Shown here one piece after another: positions 21,471 through 31,894 of a DNA stretch of 36,757 nucleotides; positions within the stretch are counted from its first letter, which is position 1; every line of letters begins with the position of its first letter. The stretch covers positions 1 through 36,757 of the forward strand of contig CAWEDJ010000060.1 in assembly GCA_963807635.1 (NCBI GenBank). Direction: 5' to 3'. The stretch is from an uncultured cyanobacterium. GTDB lineage: Bacteria > Cyanobacteriota > Cyanobacteriia > Cyanobacteriales > Microcystaceae. Position numbers and translations under genes: made by a program. Under the pieces are notes generated by a model. That model had not been told where the DNA came from. It was given only the letters and a program-made list of their open reading frames with translations, and searched no databases.

Positions 21471-23267
21471 GTGACTATTGCTCAAAAAAAGACTCGTCCA
21501 ATTCCCCCCATCCAACAACTTTTTAAGTACGGAAAATCCTATCAAACTCTCATTTGGCAAGCTGTTACTTGTTCCGTTCTCAATAAAATTTTTGATCTGG
21601 CTCCCCCTGCCATTATTGGGATGGCCGTTGATGTGGTAGTTCAAAAAGAGACTTCTGTGTTAGCAAAATGGGGAATGGTCGATGTTTTTAGTCAATTATT
21701 ATTTCTAACGCTAGTTTCCATGATTATCTGGGGATTAGAATCGGTTTTTGAGTATGCCTATGAACGATTATGGCGAAATTTAGCACAAAATATTCAACAC
21801 AATTTACGTTTAGAAGCCTACGATCATTTACAAAAATTAGAATTAGCCTATTTTGAAGAACGCAGTACGGGGGGATTATTATCCATTCTCAATGATGATA
21901 TTAATCAACTGGAAAGATTTTTGGATGTGGGAGCTAATGAAATCCTTCAGGTTTTAACAACGGTTGTAATTATTAGCGGGGCTTTTTTTATTTTCACCCC
22001 GAATATTGCTTGGATGGCAATGTTACCAATTCCCTTTATTTTAGCAGGGTCAATTGGCTTTCAAAATCTATTAGCCCCTCGTTATAGTTTAGTTCGAGAA
22101 AAAGTTAGTTTACTCAATAGCCGTTTGTCGAATAATCTCAGTGGCATCATGACGATTAAAAGTTTTACTTCGGAGGTTTATGAGGTAGAACGACTTCGGG
22201 AAGATAGTGAAGCCTATCGGCAAAGTAATCGAAAGGCGATCGCGCTGAGTGCGGCCTTTGTCCCTTTAATTCGGGTGATCATTCTGGCAGGATTTACCGC
22301 TATTTTGCTCTTTGGTGGCATGGATGTGGTTAACGGTAAATTAGCAGTGGGAACCTATAGTGTTCTCGTCTTTTTAACCCAACGCTTGCTCTGGCCTCTA
22401 ACTCGTTTGGGACAAACTTTAGACCTTTATCAACGGGCAATGGCTTCCACCAAAAGGGTAATGAATTTATTAGATACACCGATCGCGATCGATTCAGGTC
22501 ATTTGAGTTTACCTTTAACCGAAATTAAAGGTGAAATTCAACTAAAGAATGTGACTTTTGGCTATCAAGAAGATTATCCTATTTTAAGAAATTTATCCTT
22601 AGCAATTCCCGCAGGAAAAACCATTGCGATCGTGGGCTCTACGGGTTCAGGAAAAAGCACTTTAGTAAAATTATTACTCAGACTTTATGAGATTCAAGAG
22701 GGTCTCATTACCCTTGATGGTATTAATATTCAAGACATTCATTTAGGTGATTTACGGCGCAGTATGGGATTAGTAAGTCAGGATGTTTTTCTATTTCATG
22801 GAACAGTGCGGGATAATATTGCCTATGGCAGTCCCGATGTGACGTTTGAGCAAATTGTTCAGGCTTCCGAAATCGCAGAAGCTCATAGTTTTATTCAAAA
22901 ATTACCCCAGGGTTATGACACGATTGTGGGTGAACGAGGACAAAAATTATCAGGCGGTCAACGGCAACGGTTAGCGATCGCGAGAGCCATTCTCAAAGAT
23001 CCGCCGATCCTCATTTTGGATGAAGCCACTTCCGCCGTAGATAACGAAACCGAAGCAGCTATTGTTCGTTCTTTAGAAAAAATTACTTGTAACCGAACCA
23101 CTATTGCGATCGCCCATCGACTTTCAACGATTCGTTACGCAGATCGGATTTATGTGATGGAATACGGCGAAGTTGTAGAGCAGGGAACCCATGAGGATTT
23201 ATTAGCTAAAGCAGGAGTTTATGCGGGATTATGGCAAGTTCAAACAGGAGTGAAAACAAATTATTAA
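21471..23267 (+). CDS. ABC exporter, fused permease/ATPase (MdlB/MsbA-like)
   Basis: N-terminal [39 protein letters not shown] start. Confidence 0.93.
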   Translation: MTIAQKKTRPIPPIQQLFKYGKSYQTLIWQAVTCSVLNKIFDLAPPAIIGMAVDVVVQKETSVLAKWGMVDVFSQLLFLTLVSMIIWGLESVFEYAYERLWRNLAQNIQHNLRLEAYDHLQKLELAYFEERSTGGLLSILNDDINQLERFLDVGANEILQVLTTVVIISGAFFIFTPNIAWMAMLPIPFILAGSIGFQNLLAPRYSLVREKVSLLNSRLSNNLSGIMTIKSFTSEVYEVERLREDSEAYRQSNRKAIALSAAFVPLIRVIILAGFTAILLFGGMDVVNGKLAVGTYSVLVFLTQRLLWPLTRLGQTLDLYQRAMASTKRVMNLLDTPIAIDSGHLSLPLTEIKGEIQLKNVTFGYQEDYPILRNLSLAIPAGKTIAIVGSTGSGKSTLVKLLLRLYEIQEGLITLDGINIQDIHLGDLRRSMGLVSQDVFLFHGTVRDNIAYGSPDVTFEQIVQASEIAEAHSFIQKLPQGYDTIVGERGQKLSGGQRQRLAIARAILKDPPILILDEATSAVDNETEAAIVRSLEKITCNRTTIAIAHRLSTIRYADRIYVMEYGEVVEQGTHEDLLAKAGVYAGLWQVQTGVKTNY

Positions 23268-23338
23268 ACAAAATAAAAATTGCTATCTCGATAAAATTCG
23301 AGTTATAGTGGGTTATATCCGATTAAGGAGTTCTTAGT

Positions 23339-24493
23339 ATGCAAACTATCCAAATACAAGAATTTAACAATATTTCTGATCAAAAGATCTATTTAGAAAA
23401 TGTTGAGAATTTAAAACAGCACTTCAATGATATTCTTGAAATTTCTGAGCAAATTCTAGCTGAAAATCTGATAAAAGAAACGAAAATTCTGCTGAAACAA
23501 ACTCAGGATAACTCAAAAACATATTGGGAAAAACACGAAATCTTTGGGAACTTAACTAAAATTTGGCTGAAACACTGGAATCACTATAGAAATCGTCCTG
23601 AAGCAATTGACTTAATGAAATCTATAGATAATTTGACAAATTACTTCATAGCACATTTTCATATATTTCTTGGACTTTCTTATGTCAACGAAGAAAAAAC
23701 AGGAAATGAGCGGGAAGATCTTGAGAGAATAGTATCAGGTTTTCTGATTGTTTCAGAAAGCATAGATGTTTTTCTTGAATATTTTTCTATGACCCAATTG
23801 AAGCAAATTTATGTGGGAGTTAAAAAAGCATTCGTTTCTACAAATCGTAACATAACTGAATATTTAGAAGAAGAAGAAGAACTTTCATATTTGGAGACTC
23901 AACTCCGAGCCTATTGTAATTTTATTCTATTAAGAATAGAACAATCTGTTGATAAATCTTATCTAGGTGAAAATTCATTCCAAAATCAGATCTCAGGTAT
24001 TCCAGAAAAAATTGTTCGATCTCAGTCTCAATATAAAGATCTCGGTTGGGATTTATTGGTTAGTAACTATCAAGGAAAACCGATTCTTGGAGTTCAACTC
24101 AAAACTAAAATAAATACCTCCTCGGATTGGGCTGTAAAATTTCGCCATAATATCTTAATGGATAGTTATGTACAAAAAATTCCTTTCTTTTTAATGGCTT
24201 TTCCAGATCGTTTCTACCTGTGGACTGAACCTGATATTTATTCAAATCAAAGCAAACCGACCTATATTATTGATGCTCTTCCTGTTCTAAAGCCTTATTT
24301 TGAAAGAGCAGGAATAATGCCTGAAAAAATTCGAGGAGACAGTTTTGAATTATTAGTTGCATCTTGGCTTTCTGATATGATTAACTCTGAGCAATTACCT
24401 GAAGAATTCAATGAATCTCAACGTTGGTTAATTGAGTCAGGATTATATAGGGCTATATCAGGAGGAAGTTTAAAGTATGGAGCAAGTGAGTGA
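23339..24493 (+). CDS. Hypothetical protein: helical N-terminus plus C-terminal putative PD-(D/E)xK-like domain
   Basis: 384 aa, AT-rich, AAGGAG RBS; C-terminal WDLLVSNYQGKPILGVQLK (D..QxK pattern)..FFLMAFPDRFYLW. Confidence 0.7.
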   Translation: MQTIQIQEFNNISDQKIYLENVENLKQHFNDILEISEQILAENLIKETKILLKQTQDNSKTYWEKHEIFGNLTKIWLKHWNHYRNRPEAIDLMKSIDNLTNYFIAHFHIFLGLSYVNEEKTGNEREDLERIVSGFLIVSESIDVFLEYFSMTQLKQIYVGVKKAFVSTNRNITEYLEEEEELSYLETQLRAYCNFILLRIEQSVDKSYLGENSFQNQISGIPEKIVRSQSQYKDLGWDLLVSNYQGKPILGVQLKTKINTSSDWAVKFRHNILMDSYVQKIPFFLMAFPDRFYLWTEPDIYSNQSKPTYIIDALPVLKPYFERAGIMPEKIRGDSFELLVASWLSDMINSEQLPEEFNESQRWLIESGLYRAISGGSLKYGASE

Positions 24494-25098
24494 ATATTTA
24501 CGTTGAAAGCAATTTTGTTTTAGAACTTGTTTTTGAACAAGAACAATGCGGTAGTTGCGAGAAAATCTTAGAACTTTGTGAAGCACAAAAAGCGAACCTC
24601 ATCATTCCCGCTTACAGTTTAGCAGAACCCCATGAAAAATTAATTCGACAGAAACAGGAGCGTCGAGCATTACAACAGTCACTTGATAAAGAATTGCGAG
24701 AGCTTTCGCGTACTAAATCCTATAAAAATCGTCTAGACAGCATAGAAGATATTAAAAGTTTAATTGTACAAAGTAGTCAAGAAATAAGCGAAAATTTTGC
24801 TAAATATAGAAAAAATCTTTTGAAGATTGCAGAAATTATTCCACTCAATGCTGATATTTTACTTAATACCGCATCTGCCGAAGAAAATTATAATCTAAGT
24901 CCACAAGATGCTTTAGTGTATGTTTCAGTTCTTAAGCATTTACAGGAAAATAAACCCCAAGAAGCCTATTTTTTAAATCGAAACTGGAAAGATTTTAAGA
25001 CTCCAGATATTGTTGATGAGCTTCAAAGTTTAAATTGTAAAATGTTTGATAAATTTGATGGTGGCTACAAATTTCTTCAATCAAAGCTTTTATCTTAA
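24490..25098 (+). CDS. PIN-domain protein (DUF4935-like)
   Basis: MNIYVESNFVLE (beta1 acidic residue), LSPQDALVYVS, FLNRNWKDF; GTGA overlap with the upstream gene. Confidence 0.8.
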   Translation: MNIYVESNFVLELVFEQEQCGSCEKILELCEAQKANLIIPAYSLAEPHEKLIRQKQERRALQQSLDKELRELSRTKSYKNRLDSIEDIKSLIVQSSQEISENFAKYRKNLLKIAEIIPLNADILLNTASAEENYNLSPQDALVYVSVLKHLQENKPQEAYFLNRNWKDFKTPDIVDELQSLNCKMFDKFDGGYKFLQSKLLS

Positions 25099-25276
25099 CT
25101 ATTGATGGAAATCCTATAAATCTAAAAATAATGAGTCTAAAAATTTTTATCTCTATCTTTTTTCCTAAAAAAGGCTTTGTTAATTTTTCTTAAAGATGGA
25201 AACAATAACTCTGAGAATCAAAGAAGCCACTTAAAATAAAGATATAGTCAGTGCGATCGCCTTGGAGGCAACCAAG

Positions 25277-26557
25277 ATGAATACTCAGGTTAGCGATCAA
25301 GAAAAAGACCGAATTCGCCAAACAGCCCGTGTATTATACGAAGCCAGCCGTTCTATCCGCATTTTACGGACGATAGCTTGGCCGAGCGAAGTTAAAGAAG
25401 AATTTTTTGCCCAAAACGCTAAGGAACTTCCCAAAGTCAGCTATACGCCCCTCGATCCCGCCCCTGTTCTTGACCTTGTGCATGATGCCCGCCGTGCGAT
25501 CGTACCCATTTCAGCGATCGATCTCTGGCTTGAACATCAAGCGGATGGCATTGAAAAAGGAGCTAGAATGCTTGCAGGCGTGGGGACTCCCGCTTTTTTT
25601 GAATATTCTCGTCAGGTTTATGGTGAACCGACCGCTCCCCTGCGTTATTTTCCCCTCTCGCCCCTAGAATTGTCCCAAAGTATTAGTGACACGATCGCCC
25701 AACTTGCCTGTATTGATATGGATATTGCCCCGCCGACCTATCACAGTGCAGAGGAAGTGGCGGTTGATATGGAACGCGCTGTCCAAAAACATTTTGGAGA
25801 AGATGCTCCTAAAATCGAATTGGTTGATAAACTTTCGGCCAATGCCCTAGCAACCACCAGTGCAATTAAAATTCGCCGTGATGCCCGTTTTACCGATCGC
25901 GATGCCAGCCAACTTCTACACCACGAAGCCCATATTCATGTTGCGACTTCTCTTAATGGTCGCGCCCAGACCGATCTGCCCATTTTAGCCGCAGGCCATC
26001 CTGGGACAACACGCACTCAGGAAGGATTAGCAGTTTATGCAGAAATTATCAGTGGTTCAATGGAATTAGACCGAATGCGACGATTAGCGGATCGGGTGTT
26101 TGCCATCCAGATGGCAGTCGAGGGAGCAGATTTTCTGGAAGTATATCGCTACTTTTTAGAAAAGGTCGGCGATCGCGATCAAGCCTTTGAGAATGCTCGA
26201 CGGGTCTTTCGAGGAGGCGTGATCACAGGGGGCGCACCCTTTACCAAAGACGTTGTATATCTGTTGGGGCTACTGCAAGTCAGCAATGCGATCCGTGCCT
26301 TTTTTGCGGCGGGTCGTTCAGATTGTCTGAAATTGCTCTTTTGTGGAAAACTAGATTTTATGGATATTCCCGCTATTTGTGAACTTTATACAATGGGATT
26401 ATGCCAAGCACCGCTTTATTTACCGCCTTGGGTGAGTGATCCTCGTTATTTACTGGCTTTACTAACCTATTCGATGTTTATCAACAAGATGGACATGGAA
26501 CCTTTATTAGTCGTAGCAAGTAAACTGCTAGAGAATGCGCCCGTCGTCAAATTGTAG
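25277..26557 (+). CDS. DUF1704 'QEGLA-motif' gluzincin-type metallopeptidase (MATCAP-like)
   Basis: HHEAHIHV (HExxxH), TRTQEGLAVYAE, RVFRGG..PFTKDVVY; GGAGG before the ATG at 25277. Confidence 0.88.
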   Translation: MNTQVSDQEKDRIRQTARVLYEASRSIRILRTIAWPSEVKEEFFAQNAKELPKVSYTPLDPAPVLDLVHDARRAIVPISAIDLWLEHQADGIEKGARMLAGVGTPAFFEYSRQVYGEPTAPLRYFPLSPLELSQSISDTIAQLACIDMDIAPPTYHSAEEVAVDMERAVQKHFGEDAPKIELVDKLSANALATTSAIKIRRDARFTDRDASQLLHHEAHIHVATSLNGRAQTDLPILAAGHPGTTRTQEGLAVYAEIISGSMELDRMRRLADRVFAIQMAVEGADFLEVYRYFLEKVGDRDQAFENARRVFRGGVITGGAPFTKDVVYLLGLLQVSNAIRAFFAAGRSDCLKLLFCGKLDFMDIPAICELYTMGLCQAPLYLPPWVSDPRYLLALLTYSMFINKMDMEPLLVVASKLLENAPVVKL

Positions 26558-26632
26558 ACAGGGAACCCATCCATAAAAACTCTTAGATTAAAAATAAGCG
26601 GTGTTTAGTTTATCTCCAAATGAGAGGATGAG

Positions 26633-26711
26633 GCGATCGCCTAACTTTTCATAAAATCCTAAATATCGCTTATTTTTGAATTATCTAAACGCGATCGCCT
26701 AACTTTTCATA
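26633..26711. repeat. Two exact 21-bp HIP1-anchored direct repeats GCGATCGCCTAACTTTTCATA (26633-26653, 26691-26711)
   Basis: Seen directly. Confidence 0.9.
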
Positions 26712-26769
26712 GCACCTATCGTATCGCAATTTACCTTTTTTACTGAGACACTAACAAGAAAATAGTATC

Positions 26770-26800
26770 AAAGAAAAAGGCAGGCGTAAACACCTACCTT
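26770..26800 (-). terminator. Intrinsic terminator
   Basis: Minus strand AAGGTAGGTG-TTTA-CGCCTGCCTT (10-bp stem, two G-U pairs) then TTTCTTT. Confidence 0.75.
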
Positions 26801-26824
26801 GAAAATTAAATCCCTTTAACTTCT

Positions 26825-27058
26825 CTATTTGGAGTGCGAATCGAGTTTACCAGATTTATCATTGTAAGGAGAAATCTTCAAAAACCCATTTTTAGCATCA
26901 AACATAAATTCATTTTTCGTGTACATAGCCTCGAAAAAGCCAGCCATACACAACAAAAAACAAAACAAAGGCTTGTCACCATGAATATAGTATTCACACA
27001 CTCCCATTGAGACAAGAATAAATGGGATTTTTTTTGATATTGATAATAGATTGAACAA
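26825..27058 (-). CDS. Small hypothetical membrane protein (77 aa)
   Basis: Two hydrophobic stretches; terminator directly downstream; CGATATAAT -10 at 27220..27212. TTG start uncertain. Confidence 0.45.
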   Translation of the reverse strand: MFNLLSISKKIPFILVSMGVCEYYIHGDKPLFCFLLCMAGFFEAMYTKNEFMFDAKNGFLKISPYNDKSGKLDSHSK

Positions 27059-27308
27059 AATATTTAAAAAAAAATTGTATTATCTATTATTAAGTCAGAC
27101 ACTTTTGCGGAATGCTTGAGAAGAAAGCTAAAAAGTTTTGCTTGTTAGAGCTAAGGGATGGAACCACTTGCTTATCAACTCTTCTATCCCAAAGATATCG
27201 AACTTCCCTTAATTATATCGTATAAATCAAGTTTTTAGGGTAGAGAAGGGTAGAAATAACTGTACCCTGTTCTCTTCGTTTTCGAGAGAACACCAAATTT
27301 TGCAGCAA

Positions 27309-28691
27309 TCAACTTTTCACAAGTAAACTCATCAACCAACCGAATCCTATTCCACTTAGATTAGTACCAGCCATAATTAAAAAACAATAAAAGTGATTAA
27401 AATATCGCGATAATCGACGGCTAATCATCTGTGTAATTTTCAACAACGATATAGACAAGATCAGTACAGATGAAAATGTCAAAGCTTCCAAAAATTGATT
27501 TCGTATGTTTAAGCTAGTGACCAAAAAGGCCCCACCTCCCATACCGCTGATCAAGCTGGGAGATATTCCCACGAGTACCCAATCGTTACTATTAACAAAT
27601 TCTTCGTTTTGCAATATTACTACTGAGGCAAAAGCTCCCCAGACAGTAACAACAGTATGCACGATAACACCAACAACACCAAACCAAGTTGTAGCTACAT
27701 AACCAGATATGCCATACATTACAAATGCAATACTTAATTCCATCCAGGGAAATTTTCTGTTTTTTTGAGAGAGGGCATTTTGATTTGACTTATGGCTAAG
27801 ATTAGAAAAATCTTGTAAAGGGCGAAGATTTTCCCTTTTATATTTTGGTTCAACAGGTGACGGTGATAAATCTAATTGCTGAAGCCAAGTTGACATAGAT
27901 TGAGGTCGGTTTTCTTTCTCCAACGCCATACCCAAAACGATCGCATCATTAATATGTCCACTCAATTGACGATTAAATTGCTGAGGAGGAAGTAGAGGAC
28001 GATTATCTAACCTTCGTTCCATTGAAGGAGTCGGAAACTTTCCTGTTATCGCATAATAAAACGTTGCCGCGAGGGAATAAACATCTACATTTGGCTCACG
28101 ACTGGCATTACTCCCCTTATAAATTTGTTCATAGGGTGCAAAACTCAAATGTGCCGCGTTATTGGTAGAACTACGAGTCGCAGGAATAATATTCTTCGCA
28201 ATGCCAAAATCAATCAAAACCGCTTTGCCATTGGGTTGAATCATAATATTGCCTGGATGAGCATCTCGATGAACAAATCCCGCTTGATGCACAGTCGCCA
28301 GAGCGTCCCCAACTTGGCGAATATACTTTAAACACTCGGATTCTGATAAACTTCCCTGATTTTTGACTTTTTCCATCAAAGTCTGACCTTGAATAAAATC
28401 CATCACCAAACAAGGAAATTGATCCTCTAGAAAAATATCCAAAATCCTAACGATATGAGGATGGGGATTAGCTGAAAATCTGGCTAATTTACGCCCTTCT
28501 TCCTGAAATTGTTGAATATATTGATCGTATTCGCTATCTCTTCTTTGCAGAGTATTCGGCGTTTTGATCACCACATCAATATCTAATACCCGATTTCTGG
28601 CTTTATAGGTGATCCCAAAGCCTCCTTGTCCTAATATTTCGATAATCTCGAACTTGCCACCCTGTAATCTTTGTCCTGTTTGCCAGACCAT
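27309..28691 (-). CDS. Hanks-type Ser/Thr kinase with C-terminal TM helices
   Basis: LGQGGFGITY, VVIK, HRDAHPGN, LIDFG, APYEQ, DVYSLA; hydrophobic C-terminal third. Confidence 0.92.
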   Translation of the reverse strand: MVWQTGQRLQGGKFEIIEILGQGGFGITYKARNRVLDIDVVIKTPNTLQRRDSEYDQYIQQFQEEGRKLARFSANPHPHIVRILDIFLEDQFPCLVMDFIQGQTLMEKVKNQGSLSESECLKYIRQVGDALATVHQAGFVHRDAHPGNIMIQPNGKAVLIDFGIAKNIIPATRSSTNNAAHLSFAPYEQIYKGSNASREPNVDVYSLAATFYYAITGKFPTPSMERRLDNRPLLPPQQFNRQLSGHINDAIVLGMALEKENRPQSMSTWLQQLDLSPSPVEPKYKRENLRPLQDFSNLSHKSNQNALSQKNRKFPWMELSIAFVMYGISGYVATTWFGVVGVIVHTVVTVWGAFASVVILQNEEFVNSNDWVLVGISPSLISGMGGGAFLVTSLNIRNQFLEALTFSSVLILSISLLKITQMISRRLSRYFNHFYCFLIMAGTNLSGIGFGWLMSLLVKS

Positions 28692-28772
28692 AAAGCTATT
28701 GTTTTACAATATTTCTTGCCATTATATCGGAATATGAAAAAATTTACTTTGTCGGCAACTTTGGATTTTGTT

Positions 28773-29399
28773 CTATGAAGATATTTCTTCACGAAGATGG
28801 TCAAAATCAACGCGACGATAGATTTCTTGCAACGGAAGTTCTATCTTTAAACTTTCTAGAGAGATTATTTGATCAAGTTGATCGTAGGTTTGTAATTGCC
28901 AGCGATCGCCTTGTTCTAATCTCAGATATTTCTCAACATAGGGTTCGGTTTGGCTAACGACTAGATATTCACAAAAACTCGGTATAGAACGATATTTTCT
29001 AAACTTATCACCGCGATCATAGGCTTCTGTTGAGGGAGAAAGCACTTCTACAATCAATAAAGGATTAAGAATTTCATCCGTGCGATCACCGTTAAATTCT
29101 GGTTCATGATTAACTACCATCAGATCGGTATAGGTTCCGCAATGATGCTCAGGAATCCACACCCGCAGATCGCTATTATACAAACGAAAATCCGTATCTC
29201 TTAACAAAAATCCCAAATAAACCAATATGTTGATCGCGATCGCGCTATGGGTTGCGGTTCCTCCATACATAACAATCATTTCTCCATTGCAATATTCATA
29301 ACGTTCCTCCGCCGTTTCCGCGATCGCCCGATATTCTTCCAACGTCACAAAGGTTTTAGTTGCAGTCGCAATGGTCGGTTTCTCTTGAGCAATAACCAT
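28773..29399 (-). CDS. Uma2/DUF820 family endonuclease-like protein
   Basis: [52 protein letters not shown]. Confidence 0.92.
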   Translation of the reverse strand: MVIAQEKPTIATATKTFVTLEEYRAIAETAEERYEYCNGEMIVMYGGTATHSAIAINILVYLGFLLRDTDFRLYNSDLRVWIPEHHCGTYTDLMVVNHEPEFNGDRTDEILNPLLIVEVLSPSTEAYDRGDKFRKYRSIPSFCEYLVVSQTEPYVEKYLRLEQGDRWQLQTYDQLDQIISLESLKIELPLQEIYRRVDFDHLREEISS

Positions 29400-29426
29400 A
29401 TTTATTCCCCTGAGATATTCTATATA

Positions 29427-29691
29427 ACGTCAGTTCGGGTGAAGCAGCAGGGGGTAAAACCCATTCAAGACAAAGCCCTGGTTTTTTAGGTTGATGACAG
29501 TAGGCAATCAAACCACAGAGAAGATTAACCCCAAAATTCACAGGACTGCGATGACGAGAATGTTCAATCTGAGAAATATTTTTGAGCTGGTCAATAATGG
29601 TCTCAATAATAAAACGTTTACGAGAGAATAATTTATCCGTAAGGCGCATCAGAGAATTCTTCATATTACGACGGGGTTTAGCAAAGAATTC
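29427..29691 (-). mobile_element. IS982-family 3' remnant with one terminal inverted repeat
   Basis: [49 protein letters not shown]; terminus CCGAACTGACGT (29438..29427); 5' part absent. Confidence 0.85.
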
Positions 29692-30849
29692 ATTGCGGTA
29701 AACGTCCGCTAAAATTTCCTATTGCTTATCTTCAACCGTAGAACGAAAAACGTCTCTGGCTTGAGTAATAGCTCGTTGAGCGGCACGGATTGTAATCGGT
29801 AAACTGTTGACATGATCAATTGCTGATTCAATTAAAAACATTAAATTTCTCATGTGACCGCCACTCATCAAACAAAGCCGCTCTAAAACCTCTTTTTTTT
29901 CAAAAATTCCTGTTTCTAAAGAACGAGTAGGAGAAAATTGGCACACTCTCTTTTCTATAATTTCTTGCATTAAAGCGAGTCCGTTTAGGCAAGGAGAACC
30001 ATCTCTTTGTTGCACCATGACCATTGGCAAAGCTAAAGGAGCATTATCATAAAGATTGCGTAATTCCGTCGCCCGAATGGAATAGGCCAATGAGATAGGA
30101 ATCGTATAAATAATATGACACGCTAAACCTTTTAGCTGATTAGCTCGGTCTAAAAAAATCTCATCATGATTGGTTCTATCCGTCTTTAAAACAGGAGCAA
30201 TACGATCTAAATTATCCGCGATAACAACTAGTTGATTTTTCCTATTAGAGAGTTTACTTTTCCCATCTTCAATAAACAAATTCAGGGCATTCAGTAACGT
30301 TACCGTATGAGGATTAAGTTTTTCTCGAATCTTTGCTCTTTCTGTCGGAATTGCGCGAATATTAGCCGACAATTTAGCAAATAAGGGAATCAGATTTTCT
30401 ACTTTTAAATCCTGAACAGTAATTTCCAAAGAAGCAATATCTTCTAAATCCCGCCAACGTTCCTCAATCCAACGAAACAAAGGCTGAGTGTCAGCGTCCT
30501 TCAGAGCATTCAATAAATGACGAGTACAAGCGATTAAAATATCTGTGTACTGGGCATCTTCTTGATCAATATCTTCTTCATCCGCCGCAAAATAAACGAC
30601 AAAACAGCCTTGATTTTCTAACTCTGCCTTTAATCGCAATAATTCTGTTGATTTACCGCCGCCTTTATGACCGACATAAAGTTGACAGGTATTTCGATTA
30701 GGCGATCGCAAGATTTTATGACCAAAACCCCGAATAATGTCACTATCTCCTCTGACCTCCTGCAAATCCACATAGACAGGATCGCCCGCAGGCAAGGCCT
30801 TATCAGGATCAAACGCATTATACAAATTCGTGATCAGATCTTGAGACAC
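29692..30849 (-). pseudogene. P-loop ATPase (cyanobacterial AAA/KAP-like), 3'-truncated
   Basis: YVGHKGGGKSTEL Walker A; VVIADNLDR Walker B; LMSGGHMR; TAG at 29721..29719, then EILADVYRN runs into IS982 sequence. Confidence 0.75.
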
Positions 30850-30930
30850 GGGATTAAACCTATTTTTTAACTGATTTTATTTTAGTTCTCCTGACGCGAT
30901 AGAGCTAGAAACAAAATAATCATCCTTCGC

Positions 30931-30960
30931 TTGACAACTCGAAGTCATTATGACTATGAT
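30931..30960 (+). promoter_or_regulatory. Sigma70 promoter with a PerR/FurC-type operator in the spacer
   Basis: TTGACA (30931-36), 18 nt, TATGAT (30955-60); palindrome AGTCAT-T-ATGACT within CGAAGTCATTATGACTATG (30940-58); upstream of a peroxiredoxin. Confidence 0.75.
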
Positions 30961-31014
30961 TTACTCATGGGCGTTTACAATCAGCCCAACCCCAACCAAT
31001 CAGGAGTCATCACC

Positions 31015-31742
31015 ATGTTACCGAACCATGAAGGTCAAAAAGTCCCTAACGTCACCTTTCCCCTGCGTATTAATGACGAGTGGGTGAACCTTACAACCGA
31101 CGAATTATTTGCAGGTAAAACCGTTGTTGTCTTCTCTTTACCCTGGTATTTACCCCCACCTGTTCCTCTGCTCACGTTCCTGGTTACAACGCCCTCGCTC
31201 CTATTTTTAAAGAAAATGGTGTAGATAATATTATTTGTATGTCCGTCAATGACACCTTTGTAATGAACGAGTGGGCTAAAGACCAAAAAGCTGAGAATTT
31301 AACCTTTATTGCTGATGGTAATGGAGAATTCACCGAAGGAATGGGTTTATTAGTCGATAAATCAAATTTAGGTTTTGGTAAACGGTCTTGGCGTTATTCC
31401 ATGCTGGTAAAAGATGGCACAATCGCCAAAATGTTCATTGAACCCGAAGTGGAAGGCGATCCCTTTGAGGTTTCCGACGCTGAAACCATGTTGAAATATA
31501 TTAACCCTGATGCCAAAGAACCCCAATTTATCTCACTTTTTACCAAAATCGGTTGTCCTTATTGTGCCAAAGCTAAGGCGGCTCTGAAGGAAAAAGGATT
31601 GAAATATGAGGAAATTGTATTAGGAGAAGATATTACTACTAGTTCTTTAAAAGCCGTTGCTGGAGCCACATCCGTTCCCCAGGTTTATATTAACGGGAAA
31701 CATATCGGTGGTTCGGAAGAGCTTTTGGCTTATCTCAAATAA
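31015..31742 (+). CDS. Hybrid peroxiredoxin (Prx5/type II)-glutaredoxin; frameshift ~31143-31150
   Basis: [46 protein letters not shown]-terminal Grx domain CPYC..VPQVYI..IGG. Confidence 0.9.
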
Positions 31743-31765
31743 GAATGGGTAATGAGGATAAATTA

Positions 31766-31813
31766 AGGGGCGATCGCAGTTCGATAAACTCACTAACCCC
31801 AATACGCCCCTAC
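31766..31813. repeat. GTAG-type REP-like palindrome with a nested second short repeat
   Basis: Arms AGGGGCG (31766) and CGCCCCTAC (31805-13) enclose a HIP1 and GTTCGATAAACTCACTAACC. Confidence 0.6.
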
Positions 31814-31894
31814 CATTTTTTGTTAATATTCATTCAGTGTAAAAAGATCTTAAATCTTGTCTGAAATTAGGTTATATCCCAGGAGACATTTACT

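Noticed and set aside
31140..31155. Programmed frameshift or phase variation in the peroxiredoxin
   Set aside because: No slippery heptamer or long simple repeat; a compound indel corrupts the conserved PGAFTP, consistent with the window-wide errors.
23311..31880. GGTTATATCC before the RBS of both the 384-aa gene and dps
   Set aside because: A 10-bp match between unrelated genes with no further similarity; chance cannot be excluded.
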